A stretch of DNA of 32,000 bases from Candidatus Heimdallarchaeota archaeon (GCA_030614005.1 JAUWKS010000002.1:60001-92000); one strand, 5' to 3'. Shown: positions 1 to 7,950, counted from the first letter of the stretch. The notes: generated by a model from the letters alone, not told the origin. Program-made: numbers and translations.

Positions 1-119
1 TATCTTTTGATGGTCTACTAAATATTGTCATTACTAAAACCTGTTTAAGTTCTCTGATAGTACAAAAGTTATTTCTACTCGAGAGTTAAAAACACCACAA
101 AAAAAAGAGAGGAGAAGTC

Positions 120-506
120 TTATTGTAATATAAATATAGAAATAAAACTTCCTAAGAAAAATATGTTAAATGCTAACAAAAAACTATTTGAAATTAAACC
201 AAATTTTGCTATTTTTCTTTTTCCTTTTTTTATGCTAAGAGCACCTGTTACTATACCAATTATATTACATATATTAAAAGTAATAAATATAGCAAGGATG
301 CTATAGGTTCCAATATATTCCCAGATATAGAACATTATTAGTATTAGTAACCACCATACTGTGATAAGGAAAAATAGACCCAAAGAAAATGAAACATAGG
401 ATAATGTAGCAAATAATCTTTTTTCATTTGAATTAGTGCTAACTTCATTTAAACTTCCATTTTCTTGAGGAGATGTTTCCCCACTAATTTTATTTTCATT
501 CATCAA
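120..506 (-). CDS. Small integral membrane protein (about 3 TM helices), function unknown
   Basis: 128 aa ORF with a polar N-terminus and three hydrophobic segments; the 'IIGIVTGALSIKKGKRKIAKFGLI' pattern is typical of small DUF4190-like membrane proteins. Confidence 0.6.
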   Translation of the reverse strand: MMNENKISGETSPQENGSLNEVSTNSNEKRLFATLSYVSFSLGLFFLITVWWLLILIMFYIWEYIGTYSILAIFITFNICNIIGIVTGALSIKKGKRKIAKFGLISNSFLLAFNIFFLGSFISIFILQ

Positions 507-642
507 ATTTCCTTACTCCTTTACATCTAAGTATAATTTTTCATACATAAAACCTTTTAGCGCCCCAAAATGTTGTAGTATACATTTCATCACTATAAAG
601 TTCATTGAAATTGTCTTTAATATCTATGCCAAGTGAGGTAAT

Positions 643-912
643 ATGTTTTGCGTAGAGTAACTGTGCATTATAGAAAAACAAGTACCCTTCACTGTCATCA
701 CAAGTAGAGTGTTTGAATTGCCAATAAACATCATAATAATAAATAGCAGTGCATGCCATTTGTCTACCTTCTGGATCGATGGGAAAAGAACAATAGGGGA
801 AATAGCTGAGCAGGTAAATTGTGATATTGGAAAAACGAGTGTTCAGTATCTCTACAAAATACTCAAATTTTATGAAAAACACGGAGTAGTAGAATTAGAG
901 GCATTGGATTAA
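643..912 (+). pseudogene. Winged-helix domain fragment, probable gene remnant
   Basis: 'WIDGKRTIGEIAEQV...YLYKILKFYEKHGVVEL' is a recognisable wHTH signature. ATG at 643 follows GAGGT (635-639) and is in frame, but an in-frame TAA at 658-660 interrupts it. The open part is the track ORF 709-912. Confidence 0.4.
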
Positions 913-975
913 AGAAAGAAAAAATATTTTATCACCCCTAACAGGAGTAATAAAATCAAATGTGTTTAAATTGAA

Positions 976-1941
976 TTAGGTTACTTTTACACCACAGTCA
1001 GGGCAAAAAGTGATATCATCATCAATTTCTGCACCGCAACCAGGACAAGTATTTGTTCCATCATCTTCTATGGGACTCTCATCTGTTTGAGAGATACTTC
1101 CATCCATTGGTGGTGCATATCGTTTTCCTTTTGGTACTTCGATTTTCTTAGAAACTGCATCCAAACGAACATTTTTCGTGTCCTTTTCTTTGTAAATCAT
1201 TTCAGCCCAGTAAACCGGATAAAAGTATATTTTCTTATCAGTTAGAGCTAATTTTTCAAAGAGAACTCTTTGTGCATGCTCTGGTCTAGTAGCATATTCT
1301 TCTATTAATTCTGCAATGAGTTTATCCATATCAATATAATCTTTTGGTACAATAGCTCCTTCAGCATCTAAGAATGGTAAACCCATATCAGAGAAATCAG
1401 CTTCTTCTAAATTTTCAGGATTAATTGAAATGCCAGCATAATTCCTTGCTTCCATGATCTCACTTTCAGAGAGGACATGTTCAATTCCTTTTATTTGAAG
1501 CTCTGGTTTTGAGGTTGGTTTCTTTTTCCCACTGCTGAAAAGCCCATCAAAGAAACCTTTCTTCTTTTCTGTTTTAATCTCAACTTCGGTCTCTTCTTCT
1601 TCCTTTTTTTCGACAACAAGTTCCTCACCTAAAATAAAGGTTGAAACTGCGTCGTCCAATAAATCGATGTCATATGTTCTTTCAGTTAGATAACGAATTT
1701 CATATCGTCCACCTACAACTAAATATGGTTCAAGTCCCTTGGTTATTTTTTTAACAACTACTTCATTGTTTTTTGGGCGCTTGAAGATACCTTTGAAAAC
1801 ATCTAACTTTTCTTTATTGAATAAAGAGTCAGCTTCCGCATCAGATATTTTAGATTTTGCTAGAAGAATCTTTGTGTCAACAAATTCATCAATCCGTTCA
1901 ACACTGGGATCTTCTAATCGATAATCGTATTCTTCACTCAT
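976..1941 (-). CDS. Hypothetical protein with C-terminal double zinc ribbon
   Basis: 321 aa ORF, acidic/charged, ending in CPGCG-x7-FCPDCG. Confidence 0.75.
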   Translation of the reverse strand: MSEEYDYRLEDPSVERIDEFVDTKILLAKSKISDAEADSLFNKEKLDVFKGIFKRPKNNEVVVKKITKGLEPYLVVGGRYEIRYLTERTYDIDLLDDAVSTFILGEELVVEKKEEEETEVEIKTEKKKGFFDGLFSSGKKKPTSKPELQIKGIEHVLSESEIMEARNYAGISINPENLEEADFSDMGLPFLDAEGAIVPKDYIDMDKLIAELIEEYATRPEHAQRVLFEKLALTDKKIYFYPVYWAEMIYKEKDTKNVRLDAVSKKIEVPKGKRYAPPMDGSISQTDESPIEDDGTNTCPGCGAEIDDDITFCPDCGVKVT

Positions 1942-2037
1942 AATAATACACCTAAACGTTAGTATTGGTTTTCTTTTAGTAGAACTCTTTGAAAAAGATA
2001 ACTAAATGGACATATATCAATAATAGAAAAAAAATGA

Positions 2038-2946
2038 CTATTTCACCTGAAAATCCGTTTGTGTTTGCTTCAATTTAGAAATAACATCATCTCGAGTGTA
2101 GTGAGGTTCTGGGCCGGAAAATGAGATGGTAAACGAAGCTGCGGTAGCAGCAATCAACCCCGAATAATAACAATCATTAGTAATAATATACTCAAGTAGG
2201 TATGCAATAATAAAGGCATCACCTGCACCCGTTGCATCAACAACATCGGTCTGAATAGTAGGTATATCATATCGCTTCTTTCGATGGTAGATGATTGCTC
2301 CTTTATGGGCTCGAGTGATAACTAATGTATTCAAGTTAGTGGCGAGTGTAAGGTCAATTGCTTCCTTAAGACGGGAAGTGCCAGTAATTCCTTTAAGTTC
2401 AATATCATCTACTTTTAAAACATCCAGTTTTGGAAAATATTCTTTATAATCCAACCAAGGTTTTAACACAATAGATCCATTGCTCTTCTCTGTACTTCTA
2501 GTAAAACCTTGTCCATCCAAAGAAACGATTTTAAAAGTATCTCGAACGTCATCGATTAATTGGGGGTCAATTTCATTAAAAACAGGACCAAGATGAATGC
2601 ATGGAACGGAATAATATGTTTCAGGGATATCTTTGAACGTTATCTTCTCTGAAAACGAAAGTACTTTTTGCGTTCTTTTACCAGATGCTTTGTATTTATT
2701 TTCAAAGCGCATAGAAGTTTGACCGGAAATAGTAAAACCGTCCAAATCAGCATCTAATGAATTAATTATTTTAAGATTTTTCATATGAAAATCTGTGCCA
2801 ACTTTAGAGACAACACCAATACTTTCTCCTAAAGCTTTGGCAGTAGCAGCAGCATAGACTGGAACTCCACCAATATGTCTTTGTTCTTTACCATCTGGTG
2901 TTTTAATGAGATCCTCTGTTATACTTCCTAAAACAATGAGATTCAA
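2038..2946 (-). CDS. PfkB/ribokinase-family carbohydrate kinase
   Basis: N-terminal 'GSITEDLI...GGVPVYAA' and C-terminal PfkB signature 'VVDATGAGDAF'; TTG start. Confidence 0.9.
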   Translation of the reverse strand: MNLIVLGSITEDLIKTPDGKEQRHIGGVPVYAAATAKALGESIGVVSKVGTDFHMKNLKIINSLDADLDGFTISGQTSMRFENKYKASGKRTQKVLSFSEKITFKDIPETYYSVPCIHLGPVFNEIDPQLIDDVRDTFKIVSLDGQGFTRSTEKSNGSIVLKPWLDYKEYFPKLDVLKVDDIELKGITGTSRLKEAIDLTLATNLNTLVITRAHKGAIIYHRKKRYDIPTIQTDVVDATGAGDAFIIAYLLEYIITNDCYYSGLIAATAASFTISFSGPEPHYTRDDVISKLKQTQTDFQVK

Positions 2947-2974
2947 CTTATCACCAAATAATTTTCATTATTTT

Positions 2975-3115
2975 GCTCCTCTGCCTATGCTTCAAGTCTT
3001 CTCTTCATCGAGGTGGTTGCCCTCTCTGAGTTAACAGTATCATGGTCAGTGAAGGAATGCATCTCAGCATCCATAGCAGTGTTGAGTTCTTCTCGTCTAC
3101 TTGCCGACAGTGAGA
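2975..3115 (-). ncRNA. Candidate structured RNA overlapping the 3' end of the RAMP-HD gene
   Basis: GC 69/150 (46%) over 2971-3120 versus 31/120 (26%) over 3121-3240. Hand-found hairpins at 3091-3115, 3054-3072 and 3010-3024, plus a CUUCA/UGAAG closing stem. Confidence 0.4.
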
Positions 3116-4112
3116 TAATGCCTTTGTTGATTTTTAACTTATTGTCATAATAATCATTTATTGCCAAGTTAACCATTATTAACAGATGATTTTGTAAAGT
3201 GCTCTTTCCATAGAGCATTGATTCTACAATTCTATTTAATTCTTGTGAACAGTGGATATAGGAATATAATTTTATGTGACTGTTTTGCTGTCCTTCGATT
3301 TCTTTTTTCAGTTGTTTGAAATCAATACTTCCGTCTAATTTATTATATCGAAAAATTGTTTTGAATGGTTTCTTCCGAGTAATGTAAGAAGCAAAACCGT
3401 CATAGTATTGAATGAGTGAATGATAAGGATTCTCTCGAGATAATGAGGTGTGATGATGTAAACATGCTTCCCTTATTTCTTCATCTTCAATGTCTATCTG
3501 TTGGAAAATTTTACTATTGTGCTTTTCTGTGTGGACAAAATCATGAAGCATAAGAGCGATAAGCAACCTTTGTAATTCTTCGGGATAATCAGCTCGTATA
3601 CCAGCTCGAATTTTGAATTTCTTATAACACCATGTTTGATTGCAAGTAAAGCATCGTTTGCGTTTAGAACCTTTATCATAAATGACCGTTGTATTCTTGC
3701 ACTGAGGACATTTTTCAGATAGGGGAACAAATACAGTTGGAGTTTTGTGTGAATGCTCTTTTATTTCACACGATTCCCAAATAACTCGACCGAGTCCTTC
3801 AGCAGTTTTCGTACCCAGGAATGTTTTCTGAAGAAAATATCCTATCTTACGTTTTAGTTGTTCTTCTGAATACCCCATGCAACTGACTTTCACATATCCT
3901 CTAAAACCTTGCAAAACGGATGGATATTGACTCATGCAATAAACTAACTTCCCAATAGAAGTAAAAAGGGGTTTGGATTCTTTTTTTGGATCTCCAACCA
4001 CTTTTACTAAACAACCATGTTTCCAATAAGTTGACTTAGAAATGACGATAGGGGTTAGCAAACGACCTATAAGGACAGCAATTTTCTTTTGTTTTACTTG
4101 TAAGTTTTCCAT
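2985..4112 (-). CDS. Fusion of RAMP-like (Cas5-type) domain, Zn ribbon and Cas10-type HD nuclease domain
   Basis: N-terminal 'LLTPIVI...FRGYV...FLGTKTAEGLGRVIW' (G-rich loop); CPQC...CFTC; 'LMLHDF...CLHHH...YYDGFAS...STLQNHLL'. Start moved to ATG 4112 (GGAG upstream); the track uses GTG 4124. Confidence 0.75.
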   Translation of the reverse strand: MENLQVKQKKIAVLIGRLLTPIVISKSTYWKHGCLVKVVGDPKKESKPLFTSIGKLVYCMSQYPSVLQGFRGYVKVSCMGYSEEQLKRKIGYFLQKTFLGTKTAEGLGRVIWESCEIKEHSHKTPTVFVPLSEKCPQCKNTTVIYDKGSKRKRCFTCNQTWCYKKFKIRAGIRADYPEELQRLLIALMLHDFVHTEKHNSKIFQQIDIEDEEIREACLHHHTSLSRENPYHSLIQYYDGFASYITRKKPFKTIFRYNKLDGSIDFKQLKKEIEGQQNSHIKLYSYIHCSQELNRIVESMLYGKSTLQNHLLIMVNLAINDYYDNKLKINKGIISLSASRREELNTAMDAEMHSFTDHDTVNSERATTSMKRRLEA

Positions 4113-5029
4113 GCATCTAAACACTCCTGTAATAATTTATTTTGAGATTTAGTTCTTTCAACCTCAATGATAGATAATCTCCCATCTCCATTTTCTTGCC
4201 CCAATTTTCTCTCGAAAACTATCTTCTCATATGAAACATCTTTTATCTCAAGACGACCATATCCACTATTGCTCCCTCGACCAAGATGTTTTAATGATAG
4301 AATCCCATCTATGAGTAACCCAAGTAACCATTGCGGTAGGTTGTCTGAAAATTCCACATAGAATTGAAACTCTCCACTGAAATATTGTTCACTAAAGTCT
4401 TGCAAGACTTTTCCATCTCTTCGAGAAGCATGACGATTCTCAGTTGAAACATGAACAAATGAAAGACCTTTTTGAGTAGTGATTTTATTCAAAGGTTTGT
4501 CGGTTTGTACGAGAGCATCTGTCCAGATTCTTATGCATGACTTCTCCCCAAGCATACCAAATAATTGCCTTACTGCGCAGGGATTCTCTCCACATTTGCC
4601 CATAAGATGTTCGTTGATTAGCAAGGTTGGCTCATCATTGCTTTTGAATCTCTCTTTCATAGTAGGAGAACAATATTCTATTCCTCTGTTATGTAGAATC
4701 TCCATGATACTATGTCTAATTGCACCACGAACACCCTTAACCACTCGAGAGCTTCCAAGTTCTTCTTTAAGGGTAATGATTTGTATTTTAGAGTCGCTTT
4801 TCTTTCCTTCTACTTTAGCTCTTAACTCAGTTAAATCATCAAGAATCAAATCTTTGTTGAGTGAGAGGAATTCCTCTATTTCGGAAACCTTAACATTTGT
4901 TCTGCCTTGAAATTGATAAGGAACATTTCCACCCTTCATAAGAAAGGAACTCGAACCACTGCTACCATTAAGTGTTTTCGTGAACCAAGCATACACCTTT
5001 ACTGTTAAACGATTGAATGTTGTAGCCAT
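4094..5029 (-). CDS. Cas7/Csm3-like RAMP superfamily protein
   Basis: 'SSRVVKGVRGAIRH' (S-x-KG-x-R type motif), Cys cluster 'EYC...KCGENPCAVRQLFG', and C-terminal G-rich loop 'LGRGSNSGYGRLEI'. Start probably ATG 5029 (MATTF); ATG 5041 is the alternative. Confidence 0.85.
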   Translation of the reverse strand: MATTFNRLTVKVYAWFTKTLNGSSGSSSFLMKGGNVPYQFQGRTNVKVSEIEEFLSLNKDLILDDLTELRAKVEGKKSDSKIQIITLKEELGSSRVVKGVRGAIRHSIMEILHNRGIEYCSPTMKERFKSNDEPTLLINEHLMGKCGENPCAVRQLFGMLGEKSCIRIWTDALVQTDKPLNKITTQKGLSFVHVSTENRHASRRDGKVLQDFSEQYFSGEFQFYVEFSDNLPQWLLGLLIDGILSLKHLGRGSNSGYGRLEIKDVSYEKIVFERKLGQENGDGRLSIIEVERTKSQNKLLQECLDAWKTYK

Positions 5030-5048
5030 TTCAATTACCATATAAATA

Positions 5049-5106
5049 TATATTTAAATGTATATTTAAAGGTTTCTTTGATGAGAAAATTAATATATTT
5101 TTAAAT
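5049..5106. promoter_or_regulatory. Divergent archaeal promoters (TATA boxes) for the RAMP operon and abrB-like gene
   Basis: Minus-strand TTTAAATATA at 5070-5061 and again at 5058-5049, preceded by purine-rich AAGAAACC. Plus-strand TTTAAATA near 5099-5106 lies about 25 nt before ATG 5130. Confidence 0.55.
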
Positions 5107-5129
5107 AGACATAATCCATTGTGAGAAGA

Positions 5130-5309
5130 ATGACCGAGCAAAAAGTGCCAGTGATAAAATTTACCAGAAAAATAGGAAAGGTAGGGGACAGTATAAGAAT
5201 AACAATACCAAAAGAAATTACAGATTCATTGACTATAGAAGAAGGACAGTATTTTGAGATTTATGCAATAAATAGCGAAACTATTGTAATGAAAAAAATA
5301 AGGGAATGA
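5130..5309 (+). CDS. AbrB/MazE/SpoVT-family DNA-binding protein
   Basis: 'RKIGKVGDSIRITIPKEITDSLTIEEGQYFEI' is a classic swapped-hairpin signature. ATG 5130 preferred over GTG 5121. Confidence 0.85.
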   Translation: MTEQKVPVIKFTRKIGKVGDSIRITIPKEITDSLTIEEGQYFEIYAINSETIVMKKIRE

Positions 5310-5340
5310 ATTTTATTAGAAAATCAATAGTCACCCATGT

Positions 5341-5393
5341 GGAGCGTCGTGAATCACTGTAAGGGATGAACAGCGACGGCATGAGTCTGCTCC
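5341..5393 (+). ncRNA. GC-rich intergenic stem-loop, candidate small RNA or element end
   Basis: GC 39/70 (56%) over 5331-5400 versus 11/60 (18%) over 5401-5460. Nested pairings GGAGC/GCTCC, CGTCGT/GCGACG and CTGT/ACAG. Strand uncertain. Confidence 0.45.
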
Positions 5394-5509
5394 GAGCAAG
5401 AACATTGAGAACAAAAGTTATAACAGATTAAAAGATATTATTTCTAAAATTAGTAATTAGAATAATCCGAGCATCAAAAAATAAAACTAATAGAAATTGA
5501 GGAGATAAA

Positions 5510-7711
5510 ATGCCTGCGAGAGAAAATATTTTTGTGAAATGGTTAAAAGATAAAAGCAAAAGCAAGGGATTAGAAATACCAAAAAACACTACTGGAATTT
5601 TTACTACAAATAAAACTCATTTACCTCAAAATCTCCAAACCTTAGCGAAAACGATACTTGAATTAGGGGAAAGAGATGGCGAATTAGGAATACAAGCATT
5701 ACTACTGAGATTGAAAGGAGCAGAACGAGTAAATCAGCAAGATCTTCCATATGTTCATTCGGCTTTAGATACTGTAGTCTCCAGTTTAGGATATGAGAAT
5801 CGGAATGAGTTAATTCAATTCTTTGCAGTACCAGATGTTGATAGAAAAACCGTTTACAATCCGGATGAAGATCAAATATTTGATGAGAAAATGGGGGAGA
5901 TTTATACCGCAGTTCTTAGTACGATTCAAAAAGTTCGTCCAGGAATCCAAGTTACTCTTCCAAGGTTAGCTGAGCTTGCTAAATCACCGAAAAAATTTGT
6001 TGAAGAGGTTATCCTTGCGATTCTTGAACAAAAACCAGTACTTGGAGAATACCTACAATTTGAACAGGTATTCATTCGAGAAGAAGATACAGATGAGCTT
6101 ATTGATGAATTGATCGCTCAACCTATACCACGCTATGGGCACTTTCATTGCTCTCACTGTCAAGAAATTATAGAAAATCGGTCTGCAAATACTTGTCCAT
6201 CATGCGGTGAAAAAGTTTCCCGCTGTATAGTTTGTAAACTCCCAATCTCCGCTGATGATAGCATTGGCAAATGTTCACAATGTGAAGGGTTAGCTCATCT
6301 AACACACTTACAAGAATGGGTAAAAGTCAAAGGGAAATGCCCAAGATGTTTACAAGCTACCAAAGTAGTTATTTTGAAAGAAGCTAAACCAATACAGGAA
6401 GAAAAACTGGCATTTGGAATAGAATTGTCAGGTATACAAATTGTTAATTCCGGCGAATGGAAAGATATACCTGAAGGCTCTACTGTTGATGATGTTCAAG
6501 GGTTTTTCAATATGCTCTTTGCCACTAATGAGAAAAAATTATTCCTCTGGCGACGTAATAAACTTCATTCTATAGGTTTTTTTGAGCATGGCAAATTCTT
6601 TATTCATGAAATGAAACTTTTCGATTCGGTAAAGGAATATCTAATTGCTACAAATGTAGGATTAAAAACACCAGAAAGTCTACAAAGATATAGAGAAGCT
6701 CGTAGTTTTGGATGGGAAAATTATGAAATAGTGGATAATATTTGGGAAGCTATAAATAAAAGATATTCAAGTATTGAATATAGTTACGGGCACAGAGCCG
6801 GGGAACAGTTTAGTTTTAAATATGAAATTATGCGTCATCCTTTTATTGAAGAAAAATACCCAGAATTAGTGTATGGTTTAAAATCAAATAGTATATGTTA
6901 TGAAATTTTACCACCTTTAGATTCCGATATCATCTATGGTGAAGATTGGTTTATTTGGTTATTAGCATATGAAAGTGGTTGGGAGTCATTTAAGAAACTA
7001 AACGATTTTGCCAGAAGTGTTTTTCCAGAATTTCAAGAGCTATATAAAGAATGGATAGAAAGAGATGTCGATAGAAAAAATAAACAAACAAAGAAACGTC
7101 CATTTAGGGATTATTATAAACTTAGTCAAAAAATGGATCCAATTAGTTATACAAGAAGAAAAACACATGTAACTAAAAAACAGGAGATTTATTTCTCAGA
7201 GAGATATGAAAGATTCCTCAAATTACTATTTTTAGCAATTTACGGTCCCTTCAATGCAAACGATGATTGGTTACAAGGATGGCCAAATTTTAATTCTCTC
7301 ATGGATTTCTGGACTAAAAAGGAAGATATTCATCATTTCTGGAATCCAAATTTAAATGAATATATTACCGTTAAAAAACATCTTGAGAAAAACATCCTCC
7401 CAATGAAAATCTACCCTGCAATAGTACCATATGATTCTTCTTGTAAAAATAGTTTAGATTGGATTTTTTGGGCTTTAGCAATAACAAATGATTGGCAATC
7501 GTATAAAGATGTAATTGAGTTAGCTGCTGAAAAAGAAAGCGAAGTAAGAAATTCATTAAATAGATTTCAAGACCGAGATAGAAAGAAATGGACAGATGAT
7601 GTACTAAAATATATTATCATATATGAAATCGCTAATAGAAGACCACTTGAAGCATCGAAAATGGAAATAGTTGTTGACCTTGATTATAATAAAATCAATT
7701 TTTCAAGTTGA
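5510..7711 (+). CDS. Large protein with central Zn ribbon and RING-like finger
   Basis: 733 aa. CSHC...CPSC followed by C-x2-C-x12-C-x2-C-x4-H-x2-H-x3-W-x6-C-x2-C. Flanking regions not recognised. Confidence 0.75.
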   Translation: MPARENIFVKWLKDKSKSKGLEIPKNTTGIFTTNKTHLPQNLQTLAKTILELGERDGELGIQALLLRLKGAERVNQQDLPYVHSALDTVVSSLGYENRNELIQFFAVPDVDRKTVYNPDEDQIFDEKMGEIYTAVLSTIQKVRPGIQVTLPRLAELAKSPKKFVEEVILAILEQKPVLGEYLQFEQVFIREEDTDELIDELIAQPIPRYGHFHCSHCQEIIENRSANTCPSCGEKVSRCIVCKLPISADDSIGKCSQCEGLAHLTHLQEWVKVKGKCPRCLQATKVVILKEAKPIQEEKLAFGIELSGIQIVNSGEWKDIPEGSTVDDVQGFFNMLFATNEKKLFLWRRNKLHSIGFFEHGKFFIHEMKLFDSVKEYLIATNVGLKTPESLQRYREARSFGWENYEIVDNIWEAINKRYSSIEYSYGHRAGEQFSFKYEIMRHPFIEEKYPELVYGLKSNSICYEILPPLDSDIIYGEDWFIWLLAYESGWESFKKLNDFARSVFPEFQELYKEWIERDVDRKNKQTKKRPFRDYYKLSQKMDPISYTRRKTHVTKKQEIYFSERYERFLKLLFLAIYGPFNANDDWLQGWPNFNSLMDFWTKKEDIHHFWNPNLNEYITVKKHLEKNILPMKIYPAIVPYDSSCKNSLDWIFWALAITNDWQSYKDVIELAAEKESEVRNSLNRFQDRDRKKWTDDVLKYIIIYEIANRRPLEASKMEIVVDLDYNKINFSS

Positions 7712-7950
7712 AGATTGTTGTTTATTCCCTCTCATAAGATTTTTTTTATCATCAAGGAAATTAATCGAAGGAAAAAAGAGTCGAGAAGAAGAAAAAGAAG
7801 AAGAGAGAGTTGTTAAAAGATTAACCATTCAAAAATCATTCGAAGCGAAGAAGAAAGAAGTAAAAACATTACTGATAAAAGTAAATGAATTTATAACAGT
7901 AATTCAATTAATTGATTGTATTTATCAGAAATGAATATTTGTGAAGTAGA

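Larger units (their letters stand above)
2974..5393. mobile_element. Possible non-autonomous inserted cassette carrying the RAMP/HD module
   Basis: TGCTCC occurs at 2974-2979 and 5388-5393, bracketing the three genes and both GC-rich structured segments. No transposase or integrase is present; a 6-bp match is weak evidence. Confidence 0.25.

Noticed and set aside
541-882. Track ORF on the minus strand (113 aa)
   Set aside because: No recognisable motif and it overlaps the plus-strand wHTH-like frame; probably a shadow ORF, though not excluded.
2975-3115. Box C/D sRNA or TIGR-like array
   Set aside because: CTGA occurs but there is no RUGAUGA box C at a proper spacing, no regular repeat units, and no Nop-domain gene nearby.
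5307-5400. SECIS element with UGA readthrough of the abrB-like gene
   Set aside because: Readthrough adds only six more codons before TAG, and the hairpin lacks a clear SECIS core.
2900-5510. CRISPR array next to the RAMP genes
   Set aside because: No 25-45 bp repeats with regular spacers were seen; GAGA motifs in 2975-3100 are spaced irregularly (29, 39, 23, 22 nt).
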